Source: Octopus sinensis (taxonomy: Eukaryota). From it: 64,000 nt of DNA. Below, one piece after another: positions 36,880-52,389 of the stretch. Within the stretch, counting starts at the first letter, position 1. The number at the start of each line of letters is the position of its first letter. The stretch covers positions 5,766,001 to 5,830,000 of the forward strand of contig NC_043000.1 of the NCBI RefSeq assembly GCF_006345805.1, read 5' to 3'. The notes under the pieces are model-generated. The model worked only from the letters and a program-made list of their open reading frames with translations. It was not told the DNA's origin and did not search any database. Position numbers and translations under genes: made by a program.

Positions 36880-37440
36880 TGTCTCTCTTTTTCTCTTTTT
36901 CTCTTCCCCCTCTCTCTGTCTGTCTCTCTCTTTCTCTCCCTCGTTTTCTATGTTTCCTTTTCTCACTCTAATTCTATCTTTCTTTCTTTATCACTTTCTC
37001 TGTCCTTCTCATTCTCTCAATTTCTCTCTGTCACACACACACACACTTTCTCTCCCTATCTCTCACTTTCCACCTCTCTCGCTCTCTCTTTTCCTTTTGA
37101 ATTATTCTCTTTCGTTCTCAATTTCATTCTCTCTTTCTCTCCTCTTCTCACTCCTTTGCATTCTTTTTTCCTTTCTTTCCCTTTCATTCTCTATTCCATC
37201 TTTTTTCATTATCTACATCATTGTCCTTCTATTCTAACTTCACTCTCTCTCTCCCTCTCTCCCTCCCTCTCTTCCTTTCTCTCTCTCCCTCCCGCCCTCT
37301 CTCTCTCCCTCTCTCCCTTTCTCTCTCTCCCTCTCTCCCTTTCTCTCTCTCCCTCTCTCCCTCTCTCTCTCCTTCTCTCCCTCCTCTCTCCCTTTCTCTC
37401 TCTCCCTCTCTCCCTCTCTCCCTCCCTCTCTCCCTTTCTC

Positions 37441-37471
<31 letters not shown>

Positions 37472-37893
37472 CTATCTCCAACGCTTTTCATATCACTACG
37501 TAGGACACACCTTCTGATGATACTCGTTACTTGGTACCGTTTGTTTTGTTGTTGTCTTTTTTGCTATGTTTTTATTTATATATTTATTTTCTTTGCTTGC
37601 TTGCTTCTTCTTCTTGTTATTGTTGTTGTTGTTCCAAGTTGGGATTCACAAAGACTCGTCAAATATTCTCCCAGGTTGTTTTATATACAATAATCAATTG
37701 TAAAAATATCTGGAAAGAATTAAAAAAAATTGTATCGGTTTCTTCTTCTTTTTTTTTTTTTGCACATAGATATTCTTTCCTCTTTCTCTCCCACGCTTTT
37801 CTCACTCACTCTTTTATCACTCTCTTTTTTCTCTTCCTCCTCTCTCACTCTCTCTCTTTCGCTTATATATGTGTATGTGTATGTATGTGCTTA

Positions 37894-37938
<45 letters not shown>

Positions 37939-38074
37939 GTATATGTATGTGTGTGCATATATATGTATGCATGTATGTATATATATGTATATATATGTAT
38001 GTATGCAGAAAGTTAGAGAGGGAAGGAACAAAGTTAGTGAGAAAAAGAAATACCTATATTAATGTCTATGTGTG

Positions 38075-38106
<32 letters not shown>

Positions 38107-38148
38107 TGTATGTATGTATGTATGTATGTATGTATGTATGTATGTATG

Positions 38149-38182
<34 letters not shown>

Positions 38183-38290
38183 TGTATGTATGTATGTATG
38201 TATGTATGAATGAATGTAGGTAGGTAGGTAGGTAGTAGGTAGGTAGGTAGGTAGGTAGGTAGGTAGGTAGGTAGGTAGGTAGGTAGGTAT
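36880..38290. repeat. CT-rich, (CTAT)n, (ATGT)n and (TAGG)n simple repeats
   Basis: Seen directly. Confidence 0.92.
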
Positions 38291-38452
38291 AAGAGGGAAA
38301 ATTTTATTAATTAAGAATTCAGGGTGTCTGACATTCAGTACATGCCTTTGGTTTTATTATCCGAAAATTTATGAATGACCCTTTTAAGTTTTTTTAGCAA
38401 ACTCCCTTTGGGGGATCTTTTCCCTTTCACAAACTGTGCCCGACGTTTGGGA

Positions 38453-38492
<40 letters not shown>

Positions 38493-38639
38493 GCATCTGT
38501 CTGTGTGCTTCACCACAAAGCAAACAAAATAACATGGCGCTCACCATGATCTCGCCAACGTGACACGTGGGGTAACAGAAGCTTTTGATTGGCTAAAATT
38601 ACCAAAAGCTTCAATCTTTACGTGCATTTTTCTAATTTA

Positions 38640-39223
38640 CTGACAGCCGGTGTTGGTTTGTTCACGATCCTTTAACAGCAAATGACACCGGTAGAATAAG
38701 TACCAGGCTAAAAATTAGCACTGGGACTGATTTGTACAAGTAAACCCTTCAAAGCGGGCTGCAGTCCAATGATTGAAACAAATGAAAGGTAAAGAATGGT
38801 GAACAGACTGAGATTCCAATTCAACATCCTTTCTACTTCGCGTTTGGAGTTCATTTCCGGGTCATTTTCAAATTTAATTTAATCCACATCTTTGATTTTA
38901 ATTATTTTAAGTTTCATTTCTTTTCTGATGCTATCATCAACATAACTGGGATGATTTTCTTCTATTTTTTTAGGTTGTTTTTTTCTTTTATTCTTTTACT
39001 TGTTTCAGTCATTTGACTGCGGCCATGCTGGAGCACCGTCTTTAGTCGAACAAATCGGCCCCAGGACTTATTATAAGCTTAATACTTATTCTCTATCGGT
39101 CTCTTTGGTCGAACCGCTAAGTTACGGAGACATAAATACACCAACATAAGTTGTAAAGCGATGGTGGGGATAAACACAAACACACACATATATACATACA
39201 CACGCACACACACATATATACAT

Positions 39224-39264
<41 letters not shown>

Positions 39265-39482
39265 ATCAATATAGGGTAGCAAAAAATTCCTAAATTTTGC
39301 TATATATATATATATACGACGGGCTTCTTTCGGTTTCCGTCTACCAAATCCACTCACAAGGCTTTGGTTAACCCGAGGCTATAGTAAAAGACACTTGCCC
39401 AAGATATCACACAGTGGAACTGAAGCTGGGACCATGAGGTTGGGCAGCAAGCTTCTTGCCACACAGCCGCTCCTGAGCCTTA
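38640..39482. mobile_element. SINE-A 3' fragment (+, 38640-38795) and full SINE-A (minus, 38990-39482)
   Basis: Family A diagnostic blocks. Confidence 0.82.
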
Positions 39483-39742
39483 TGTCCTGTTTTGTTTTTC
39501 GGTTTTTGCTTTAGTTTTGGTTTTGTTTTCCGGGTTTTGCGCATTACTGATCTCGACGATTACGTGAGGTGACTGCCATTCTTGGTGCTACGTGACAATT
39601 AGAATTTGTAAATTGCTATCAGTTGGCCAATCTTTGGCCGTGCCATATTCTTAGTTCGATATAGATGTGTACGCGTGTGGGTATTTATGTATGGAATCAT
39701 GTATATATGTATATACATATATAAGTGTGTATATGAATATGC

Positions 39743-39827
<85 letters not shown>

Positions 39828-39925
39828 TATATATATATACGCGCACGCACACACACATACATATACATAAACAAATATACAATTATATACATACGTATAC
39901 ACATAAATATTTGATATGTTCATGT

Positions 39926-39973
<48 letters not shown>

Positions 39974-40499
39974 CATGTATATATATATACATATGTGTAT
40001 ATGAATATATATATGTGCTTGTGTGTGTGTGTATGTATGTGTGTGTGAGCGCGTGTGTGTGTATGTGTATGTGTGTGCGCGCGTGTGTATGTGTAAATGC
40101 CCGCATATTTATTTGTGTATGTATACATATAGATAAGATATGCACGTGTGTGATGATTGGGATGTCGGGGTACGGAAAGATGGACGGTGGTTGCGTGGTT
40201 TATCAGTTGAGGTGCAACTAAAATCCATCCCGAAACACTCCAGGACATCACCCTCAAAATGTGTGTCACGTGGTAGCAGTCTCTATGGTTGATATATTCG
40301 AAGTCAAATTGAACTTTCCAACAATTCCCATCCTTCACACCATTCAGCTGGATCTTGGAAATTCTATTTCTTGGTTGTTGTTTTTTGTTTTTTGTTTTTT
40401 TTTTACATTAGATTTGATCACTGGAGTTTCTCAAACTCAACCCTGCATACTAAGAAAACATTCCTGCTATTATTATACAGAGCTTCTGCTGTCTAAAAT

Positions 40500-40922
40500 A
40501 ATTCTTTCTACAGGGCACAAGACCTGAAATTTGACATGACGGAGTCAGCGAATTATATCGCCCTCAGTGCTTCGATGGTTGTTATATAATCGAACCCGAA
40601 AGGACGAAAGATAAAGTCGGCCTCGGTGGAATTTGAACTCGGAATGTAAGGACGGACGAAATGCCACTAATCCTTTTGTCAGCTCTCCACCTTAAACAAT
40701 AATAATAATCCTTTCTAGTATAGGCACAAGGTCTGAAATTTGCTTGGGAGAGGACTAGTCGATTACATCGACTCCGGTGATCAACTGGTACTTAATTTAT
40801 CGACCCTGAAAGAATAAACGGCAAAGTCGACCTCGGCGGGATTTGAACTCAGAACGTAGCGACAGGCGAAATACCGCTAGGCATTTCTTCCAGTGTGCTA
40901 AGGATTCTGCCAGCTTGCCGCC

Positions 40923-40985
<63 letters not shown>

Positions 40986-41215
40986 TAATAATAATAATAA
41001 TCCTTTCTACTATAGGCACAAGGCCTGAAATTTGTGGGAGGGGGCTAGTCGATTACATCGATCCCAGTGTATCACCGGTACTTAATCTATCGGCCCGGAA
41101 AGGATGAAAGGCAAAGTTGACCTCGGCCGAATTTGAACTCAGAACGTAAAGATGGACGAAATAGCGTTAAGCGTTAAGCATCGTGCTAACGATTTTGCCA
41201 GGTTTCCGTTTTGAC
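40500..41215 (-). mobile_element. Three tandem family B variant SINEs separated by (TAA)n
   Basis: Three CTTTCTA..ATAGGCACAAG..GAATTTGAACTC units. Confidence 0.85.
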
Positions 41216-41235
41216 AATAACACTAGTAATGATAG

Positions 41236-41266
<31 letters not shown>

Positions 41267-43164
41267 CCTCGAAATGCATTTATTCACACATACACACACA
41301 CATACACACACACACACATACACACACACACCCATGCACACGCATACATACATACATACACACATACATACATACATACACACATACATACATACATACA
41401 TACATACATACATACATACATACATACATACATACACACATACATAGACACCGACACACACGGGCGCACACACTTTTGAATTCCTGCCAGCTACAGTTAC
41501 TTCATTCCAGCTTTTTCTGTCTCGTGTCCTGGGGTAAATTACAAATGTACAACTTTTATTTTCCTTTCTGACGTTAATAACTACTCAGTTAATCATTATT
41601 TCATACTTAATTAATTTTAATTAGTAAAATTTTTCTTGGTTTACTACATCAAGTATGCTAGCATCCACTTTATTTATTATGGATACATCAAGTAGATACT
41701 CGTAAAGTGAATGTAGTATACGAACAATTAATAATGAACTGATATTTACTTCTTAGTTGCAGAAAGGAGACAAAATCCTTGAAGGAATCCGTTAGGATTC
41801 ACAGAGAAAAGGTTAAGATAATATCAGGAATTTAAGAATTATTTTTTTAATCAAATATTTATCCTGCTTAAAGGAAAATCTTTTCGTTGTTTGCGGAGAT
41901 TGTGAAAGCAAGCGACAATGTTGCAGTCTTCTTCGACTTCGTCAGTATTTTCAACATGAATCCGCTTGATTAGTAAGCAGAAGCTTTTCCATGTAGAAAA
42001 AGTGTTACGAAAACTTTTGCCAAGCAAAATTGAGCCAAGGGAAATAATCTAAATTAGTCAAAGGCATGGATTGAAATATGGAGATAAACCAATTTTTAGA
42101 TTTGTCGGTGTATAAGACGCGCTTTCTTATATTTTTAAATGTACAGAAAAATTGGCTTACGTCTAATGCGGCGGTATTACGGATGGGAGACGGGGTGTTG
42201 TAGGGATCTGGGTAAGCATAAGACTTCTAAGCACAATAATTGTTACCAATAATAGAATATTGGAAACAAACTAACTTACCGCAGACTACTAGCACAAAAT
42301 TACGAGAAATTTCTTACGGTAGGTCGGCAGTGACGTGGGGCAGGGGTCACATCATCTCATTGTATCTCCTTCCCAGTATAGATAACCCACAGCCGATATG
42401 TCTCTTACATTATTCAATGAATGCCTTACTTTTAAGAAACATTTTAATATAATAAATGAAACATTCTCTTAAAACATTTGAAAGGAGTATTAATTTTCAT
42501 CCGCCTGTCAGCTATTTGCCATAGTGGATGACAACAAAAACATCGCAGTGGCACGCTACCTTAGTAGCTAATAGAAGTTACATAAAACACCATAGCCAGA
42601 TGTACAAGCTTTACGTCCGATACGGCAATTCTTTTGACTTAAATATAAACAACTATGAAGTTAATCGAAACAAAGCTAAAGTTGAAATACCGTACTACGA
42701 TAACGTAGATTATTTATGCTAAATTTCTGATTTCCCGCTTTGTTCCAGTATACTGTCACAACATTGTATTTACATGAACAGAATCAGACATATTTTCTTA
42801 CAAAATCACATTAAAATTACCATTCAATAAGCGTGTGATGAGACATAATTTTTTTCCATATAAGTTAACAAGTAAGATAGGTGTGGGCTCCATGTGAGGG
42901 AACGTCTTGTGCGCCGACAAATACGTTAAGTACTGATGTGCAAAATTACGAACCTAAAAATATAGATGTGAAATATTGATTACCAACATATATAAATAGA
43001 TACGATGTGGGGTCAAAAAGTTCGCTTCGCGTCCACATGATTTCTGGTTCGATTTCACTGCGCATTACATTAGGCAGGTGTTTTCCGCTATAGTTTCGAG
43101 GTGCATATGTGTGTGTGTGGTGTGTGTGTGTGTGTGTGTGTGTTGTGTGTGTGTGTCTGTGTGT

Positions 43165-43202
<38 letters not shown>

Positions 43203-43212
43203 TGTGACTATT

Positions 43213-43305
43213 AGTTGGTTGTCATGATAAAAATAACTGATGAAATGCCGGAGCAGACTTCAACCCCGGCATCCGAAACTCTGAGTTTTATTATGACAAC
43301 CAACT
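43213..43305 (+). ncRNA. Extended type I hammerhead motif, helix II base damaged
   Basis: agttggttgtcat[gataaa]aataa-CTGATGA-a atgccgg(agcagacttcaacc)ccggcat cc-GAAA-ctc t gag-TT|ttatt atgacaaccaact: 13+5 bp bulged helix I, 7 bp helix II. Confidence 0.72.
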
Positions 43306-43382
43306 TATTGTCATATCTTATATTTATAGACAAATTCCTCTATTTACATAATATCGAGGTCTCATTCATTCTTTTGTTGTCA

Positions 43383-43420
<38 letters not shown>

Positions 43421-43425
<5 letters not shown>

Positions 43426-44238
43426 TAGTTTTATTTTTATAGCGTGCTTTCACTTCACTACCGAGCGCAGCTCTGTGTGCCTTGGGTATGTGCTGTGATT
43501 TGTTGTGATGCTCTGATGGTTATTGTATGGAAAGTGTTCTGCGTAGGATGTGTGCAGTGCCTAGTAGTGCAATTTTCTGTATGTTATATGTGTTTGTAAG
43601 TCCTGGTGTTTTTGTTATGTATTTGTCTGAATATTTTTTTATCATGCCTAATGCACCTACTATGATAGGAATTGTTTCTGTTTTCAGGTTCCACATTCTA
43701 GTTATCTCTATTTCCAGGTCTTTGTATTTTGAGAGTTTCTCCATTTCTTTTAGAGACACGTTGTCATCTGCCGGTATTGATACATCAATTAGAAAGCATT
43801 TTTTCTTCATGATCTCTGACAACTATCTGGTCTGTTGGCCTTAATTTCTCTATCTGTGTGTATCGGCATATCCCAGAGTATGGTTGCTTTCTCGTTTTCT
43901 GTGACCTTTTCTGGTGTGTGCCTATACCATCTTTTTTCTGTTGTTATTCCATAATGTTGGCATAGCTTCCAATGTATGTAGGTTCCAACTCTGTCATGTC
44001 TGTGAATATATTCTTCTTAGCCAGTACTGGGCAGCTAGAGATAATATGATTTAGTGGTTCTTGTCCATCTCCACATATTCTGCAGTTACTTGTAATATTT
44101 CTTTTCATTACATGTTTTTGGTAATTTCTGGTGGGGAGGCTTTGGTCTTGTGCTGCAATAAAAATCCCTCTGTTTCTGCTCTGAGTCCTGAGCTTCTCAA
44201 CCATTGCTGGGATTTTTCTTTGTCTATTTCTTTTGCGT
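43421..44238 (-). mobile_element. R4/Dong-clade 3' part, near-identical to 25860-26689
   Basis: Same RLE C-terminus and 3' UTR; (TTA)n arrays on both sides. Confidence 0.93.
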
Positions 44239-44465
44239 TGTTATTATTATTATCATTATCATTATTATTATTATTATCATTATTATTATTATTGATAATA
44301 ATAATATATATGTATGCATGCATGTATGTATGTATGTATGTATGTATGTATGTATGTATGTATGTATGTATGTATGTGTGTATGTGTGTATATTAGCAAT
44401 AACTATAACGATATAGAAAATGGAGACTTGTTCATCCTCAAAATTTATTTCTTTTTATTTAACAA

Positions 44466-44979
44466 CTAGTTTAAGGTAACCCGCTCTACGCGCGGGTGAG
44501 GGTGTGGTTGTTACATTCTCTTGCTTCCTTTCTGTTTCTTATCGCCACATTCTCTTGTTTCTCTCTCCTTTCTCACTTTCCCAATCTCTTACTCTTCCTT
44601 TCTCTCGGACGCTCCCTCGCTTTCTCTTAATTTTTATCTTTCTCTATCTCTCTCTCTCCCATTTATAAATAATTAGATTTCCGCGTTTAAATTACAAATC
44701 CGCTTCCACTTTATCATGTTTAAAATTTGATTGAAATCGGGCAAAGGGTGTCCGATCTAGCCCCCCCCCCCCACCAAGTGTCCCCAAAATCAATAAAATC
44801 CCAGTTTTCATACCAAAGCAACCACTGTAGCGCCCCAAAACGTCTCGCAATCAATTTCTCACCTCAAGTTACGCCCTCCTGTAAATTTTAATCTCCTCCC
44901 AGCCCCATTTAGACCCCTTTTTACATAAAAATTCAATTTGTATCAACGTTCGCCTTCTTCATTTTATAGATTAGACAGA
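44466..44979 (-). mobile_element. Non-autonomous Helitron-like element
   Basis: Minus: A|TCTGTCTAATCTATAAAATGAAG ... hairpin ACCCGCGCGTAGAGCGGGT, 9 nt, CTAG|T. Confidence 0.65.
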
Positions 44980-45207
44980 TATACCGGGCCTTGCTCGATA
45001 TCTAAATAGTTTATTATCATTTTACTTTTTTCGGCCTTATAACCCGATTTCATTCGGGTGTACGCGGGCCACATTTTAAAAGATGAGGAATTTTGCCCTA
45101 GAGGCGATGTCTTTCAATTGAGCAAACTCAATGTTGCCATGCAAACTCGCTAGTACTTTTAACATAGGTGTGCATATTTTCAGCTGACCGATCACATATG
45201 CACGCAT

Positions 45208-45250
<43 letters not shown>

Positions 45251-45440
45251 CAATTGCAGCGTGGAAGGTGTTTATAAGCCATTTAAGAAACACACAAAAG
45301 CCGTTCGATATATATATATACATACGTATTAATATGTATATAAATACGCATTATATAACTGTCTACACACACTATATATATACAAATATATACACTTTTT
45401 ATATATACTTTATTTAAAGCAGCAGAAAATTCAACTAAAC

Positions 45441-45478
45441 CTGTTACTCTGAGTTTCCCGTTGCCGTTCATCGGACAG
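45441..45478 (-). ncRNA. Degenerate minimal type I hammerhead motif
   Basis: Minus: ctgt-CCGATGA-acg gcaa cgg-GAAA-ctc a gag-TA|acag. Helices I and III pair; core has U4C and helix II has one mismatch. Confidence 0.6.
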
Positions 45479-45527
45479 TTTGTGTTAGAATTTTATATAT
45501 ATATATATATATATAATATTATATATA

Positions 45528-45564
<37 letters not shown>

Positions 45565-46579
45565 TATATATATATTTATATACACACACATAGATATATA
45601 AATTAACACAATATATCTGATTAATAATATCTGTTATGATTGTGCGATGGTGGTGGGAGATAGAGTGACAGAGAGACGGCGAAGCTGTCAAGCGTCGTTA
45701 TAGAGAGAAAGTGCAGACAGACGTACAGCGAGAGAGAGAGAGAGAGAGAGAGAGGATGTGGAAGAAAGAGTGACAGCGCTGGCGAAGGCGGCGGGGGAAA
45801 GATAGTAGAAGCTTCAAACGTCGTTATAGAGAGAAAGTGAAGGGAAGGGAGGAAAGAGAGAGAGACGGAGGAAGACAGGCAGATAAGAGAAAGAGAGAAA
45901 CGACAGACACTTGTTAAAGTGTGGGTTTTTTTGCCCTAGTAACCACAGCTTCTGAGATAGGGATTTATAACCTAGCCCAGTCACATTCTCGCCTCTTTTT
46001 ACATGTCCCTGTAAATTTTAGAGCGAATCCGACCGGATCTAGTGCCTTTGAATCCTTACCAAAGCCAAAGTGTGAAAGTTTTTTCCTGTTTTATATAGGT
46101 AGATTTCATACAGCATATTTTTACGGCCTACAAGTGTTTCCACTGCACAGAGTATGGGCAGTTGCACATGCAATCGGACATAATTTTCTGTCCAGTTTCG
46201 TTCAGGGATTCAGGAAGTTCATGCCTGGTTGCATGTGCAACTTCCCATATTCTGAGGAGTGGAAATGCATGTATGTCGTAATAACCATAAAAATATGCTG
46301 TATGAAATTATAAAATAAAAGGATATAAATTTTGAGGATGAACAAGTCTCTATATTCTATTTCAGTATAACTATCGCTAATATACGTTCCAGACGATATT
46401 ACCATCCTGAAAAGCGAAAACGAAATAACCCATCGGAGGAATTTACAGCGTGAGTGATAACTCATAGTAGTCACAGACGTTAAATTCTAATCGATGCTGT
46501 TAGCCGTAACGTGGAACATAACTGAGAGTCACCACAGTATGTGCCCAAATAATATATCCCTCCAAAAGATCACATCGTG

Positions 46580-46615
<36 letters not shown>

Positions 46616-46679
46616 TTATATATATATATATAAACTATTGCTCCTAACTATAGACACCACACTGTAAAATTAATTGGGG

Positions 46680-47210
46680 AATTCGAAGCAGTCCTGCGAA
46701 GCTACGCGAAGAAGATAACCTCATTGCAGCAAATTAGCTACTGAGAAGGACTCAAGAGTTTAAGGTTTTATCTTCCTGGAATGAAGGCGTAAGGATATGC
46801 TGCAGTATACTTCTGGCTGATCATAGAAGGACTTGTTCGAAACATTAGCGTTCAAAGTTATACTAACGCCAGAACAGGGCGCCATTGCATAGTGCCAAGA
46901 ATCCCTCCCCTGCCGTCAAGGTACCGAACCAGATACTGCAATAACTTAGGATACAAGATTACATAGCTCTTCGATATCATCCCGAAGGAGCTGAGAGACT
47001 TTTATTATGTGGATGTTGTTGTCTTCAAAAGTAAACTGGATTTCCTATTCTCAAAAGTCTCAGATAAGCCAACGTCATGGTAGAAAGCGAGAAAGGGGGC
47101 ATCAGCATCAAACTCCCTCATTTACCAAATACAACACACCAAAGGAGGATTATGATGGTGTAGCAACACCATTTGGCGGTGGCACATCCTTTGAGCTAAA
47201 ACTAGAAAAA
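46680..47210 (+). mobile_element. CR1/L2-group LINE 3' relic
   Basis: ISY*EGLKSL..YFWLIIEGLV..YTNARTGRHCIVPRIP..LFDIIPKELRD..FKSKLD..V.DKP across stops and frameshifts. Confidence 0.65.
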
Positions 47211-47276
47211 ATATGTTGGAAGCATTATGAATACCCACACAATCACACATACACACACACATACAGACACATATAA

Positions 47277-47511
47277 TAGCTGAAGGATTAAAAATTAAAC
47301 TAAGGACATACTAAGCATGTGGACCGATCCACGTGAGTCCAAATACTTGAATGTGCGCTGTGAGACTGTCTTAACCCGTTTGCCTTTTAAAAGTTGATTT
47401 CTGTAGTTATTATCAGTGTATTTTGGCGATTTAAATAAGGATTTTGACAGTTATTTCCAGCAAGTAGACATACTTAGTATGTCCTTTGATTAATTTTTAA
47501 TCCTTCAGCTA
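47277..47511. mobile_element. MITE, ~40 bp TIRs, TA-flanked
   Basis: TAGCTGAAGGATTAAAAATTAAACTAAGGACATACTAAG vs CTTAGTATGTCCTTTGATTAATTTTTAATCCTTCAGCTA. Confidence 0.8.
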
Positions 47512-47656
47512 ATTAATGCTTTGGTGGGGGAGGCCGGCAATCGCCTATATTATTGATGCTGTTATCATTTTTAATTGTTACACTATAATTCTTACACATT
47601 ATAATAGTAGAGTCAATGACATCTTCGCAAATATTTTCTCTTGAATTATTTGCTCC

Positions 47657-47687
<31 letters not shown>

Positions 47688-47899
47688 CACACACACACAG
47701 ACAAGCAGGCAGAGAGGCTTGAATCTTTAGAAATCTGTAAAGAAGCCAAAAAACAGGATGGTAAATCACACCTTAACAATCCTGGTATAATTGAGCATCA
47801 TGTGAGGTCTGTGACAAATACCTCTCTCTCAGAGTAGGCCTTATTCATCACAGGAGCACATATGAATGAGTCACCCACCACACACACACAAACACACAC

Positions 47900-48029
47900 A
47901 TATACTATACATACATATGCCTATACAAACATATATATATTTGTGTGTATGTATACACATATATATGTATATATATATATATATTATATATTATATATAT
48001 ATATATATATACATATTTATATATTATAT

Positions 48030-48110
<81 letters not shown>

Positions 48111-48534
48111 GGATTTTTCCTTGTGTAGTTGTCTTGTACTCTGTTTTTTCGTTGTTAAAAAATGGTCCATTCCATGCTGTTTTTACTTTTTCGTTTCTCG
48201 TTGAGTTCTACGTCTATTGTAGTGTCCTGTACACACGTATATATATTATATATGCATGTATATATACATGTAGATGTAGGTACGTACATATATGTTTGTA
48301 TGTATGCATATATTTTATTTATTACACTATATATATGTAGATGTAGGTACGTACATATATGTTGTATGTATGCATATATTTTATTTATTACACTATATAT
48401 ATATATATATAATATATTATATATATTATATATATATATAACATATATATATATGTATACACATACACGTATATGTATATATATTCAGATGAGTGTATTA
48501 CACAAGCGCGTTTGCGTTTGTATGTGTGTGTGTA

Positions 48535-48585
<51 letters not shown>

Positions 48586-48600
48586 ATGTACTATATGAGT
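47900..48600. repeat. (TA)n / (TG)n / ATGT low-complexity region
   Basis: Seen directly. Confidence 0.9.
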
Positions 48601-49150
48601 GTGTTTAGAATCCGGCTTTGTGTAATTATGAGAGCTTTAATTGTGTGCCCGTAAATATAAACAGAAATAAATGCGTATGAACGCAAATTATAGTTTAATA
48701 AACGTTGCGTACTTATTGAAGTTTGTTGAAGAGTGTCCAAAAATTGCGATGTGCGTAATATCGCACAAAATAACTTTTTACGCCTGCAAATATTTTAACA
48801 GTAATTCTCCAGAGCAACATAAAAAGCTTCCTGATGTTTATTTACATTGACTTTGAATTTTTTTTTTTTTTTAATGCTGGCGATTTTACTGGTCAAAAAT
48901 GTCACTGGTCACAATTTTCATTTAGGTAGTGTGATGTACGTAACAAAAATGGATGTGATATTTTCAAGGCAAATATTTACTGTATGTTCCAAACAAGATC
49001 TGAAAGAAATTGTCACAAGATCGATATCTGCTCGGAAATGAAGCATATCAACATACCTTTACATGTTTAACTAATTTTTCTGAACATTCTATAAATGTTT
49101 CAAAACTTGGTTTGGTTTAACGTCCATGGCAATGACCCTATTAAAAAAAT

Positions 49151-49329
49151 TCCAACTGGGTTCCACCTGCTAGGTCATGCGTTGTTTATCTTCATGTAAG
49201 ATCCCCATGCTCCGTACATATACTTGTGATGCATGTGCTTGGTATAGCCTTATCAGATGGTAGTCATGATGGGTATATTGGGCTTCGTGTAATTGTATCC
49301 CTTTGATATCATACGCTGCTTTTTCACTC

Positions 49330-49331
<2 letters not shown>
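49151..49331 (+). mobile_element. Old 5'-truncated copy of the TAA-flanked element
   Basis: Diverged match to the element's 3' third, ending CACTC(AAT)n. Confidence 0.75.
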
Positions 49332-49397
<66 letters not shown>

Positions 49398-49432
49398 CGA
49401 CGACGACGACAATAACAATAATAATGCATCAC

Positions 49433-49970
49433 TGCCCTGATGCAGTACCAGGCAGTGGCTCTCACGGCTTCTGATCTTAACTGACATTGTTTTGTCTTGG
49501 TATAAAAGATGGGTTACAGCAAATATTCTGCTCAATACCACTGATTTGCTTGTCAGTTGTTTGACCTTAACCAGTTGAGAATGTCCCTTAGTGGCTGACG
49601 ATATGTGCATCTCTGATCACGAACAGAAGTAGTGGAGGAGCATCATAGCCATGTGTTGAGAGGGATTCTTTGGGGTTTGAATAGTTCACCTCAGGGAACA
49701 TGGGTGTTTAGCTCAACATCATTAAAAACAACCTTTATTCAGGGACTTTTGAGCGGGATAGGTTACTCGACCAGAAGAAAATTCTAACTGGGCCCCACCT
49801 GCAAGGTCATGTGCTGTTTATCTTGATATGAGATCACCCTGTTGCGCACATATGGTTGTGGTGCATGTGCCTGGTGTACCCTTATCAGACGGGTAGTTAT
49901 GATGGGTATACTGGGCTTCGTATATTTTACCCCAGTGTCACTTTGATGACATGCACTGCTCTCTCACTCA
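49433..49970 (+). mobile_element. Full-length copy of the ~550 bp TAA-flanked element
   Basis: TGCCCTGATGCAGTACCAGGCAGTGG ... CTCTCTCACTC; lies in the TAA tail of the previous copy and is followed by (GAA)n/(TAA)n. Confidence 0.88.
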
Positions 49971-50030
49971 ACAATAGAAGAAGAAGAAGAAGAAGAAGAA
50001 GAAGAAGAAGAAGAAGAAGAAGAAGAAGAA

Positions 50031-50061
<31 letters not shown>

Positions 50062-50279
50062 GAGGAACAGAAGAAGAAGAAGAAGAAGAGAAGAAGAGAA
50101 GAAGAGAAGAGAAGAAGAAGAAGAAGAGAAGAAGAAGAAGAAGAAGAAGAAGAAGAGAAGAAAGAAGAGAAGAAGAAGAGAAGAACAAGAAGAAAAAGAA
50201 GAAGAAGAAGAAGAAGAAGAAGAAGAAGAAGAAGAGAAGAAGAAGAAGAAGAAGAAGAAGAAGAAGAAGAAGAAGAATG

Positions 50280-50327
<48 letters not shown>

Positions 50328-50869
50328 GAGTGAATGAAACTTTCGCGATCATGTTGAAACGTATGATGCAGCTTTGCTCACAAAAAAATGAAGAAAGAGA
50401 AAAGTAATCGGGTTAATTGGTTGACACATTTACCCGTTCAAATATTAGCGAGTCTCGAAGATAAAAAATAAATAAATAACTAAAGGAAGAAACGCAAAAC
50501 CGTTTGACATTATTCTAAAATATAAATTATAAATTCGTAATCCGTAAGTTTTCTGTACCCTTTCACCTTTACGACTCTCATCAGATCCATTCAGATGAAT
50601 GCTTGCCACACCAATAGAGATGACAGTGGTTAGCGCAACTGAACCAAAGAGGATTTCTATAGATTGATAGAGAGTGCGTTTATTGCTGTGTCATTCGCTT
50701 TTATTCATGTCACTTATTTACCCAACAGATAATGACATCAAGTCCATTCTCTTTAATCGTTCAACATATTCTAAGGAGCTTCTCTGAACAACACTGTCGA
50801 TCTATTATTCGCTGTGTCCGTCCATTAGCTGATAAACAGCAGCATTCAACATGCGTGTGTATGTGTATC

Positions 50870-52260
<1,391 letters not shown>

Positions 52261-52389
52261 CACACACGTACTACCATTGACAACGTGACAACACTAATTT
52301 GCATTTACTCATTCGGTGGACACAGACATCATAATATTATAACAAAGCGAGAAAAGGAAACATCAAAAGTGTTTTTTATCTATATTTAC

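Noticed and set aside
50540-50600. CTGATGA-gagtc..GAAA on minus
   Set aside because: None of the helices pair.
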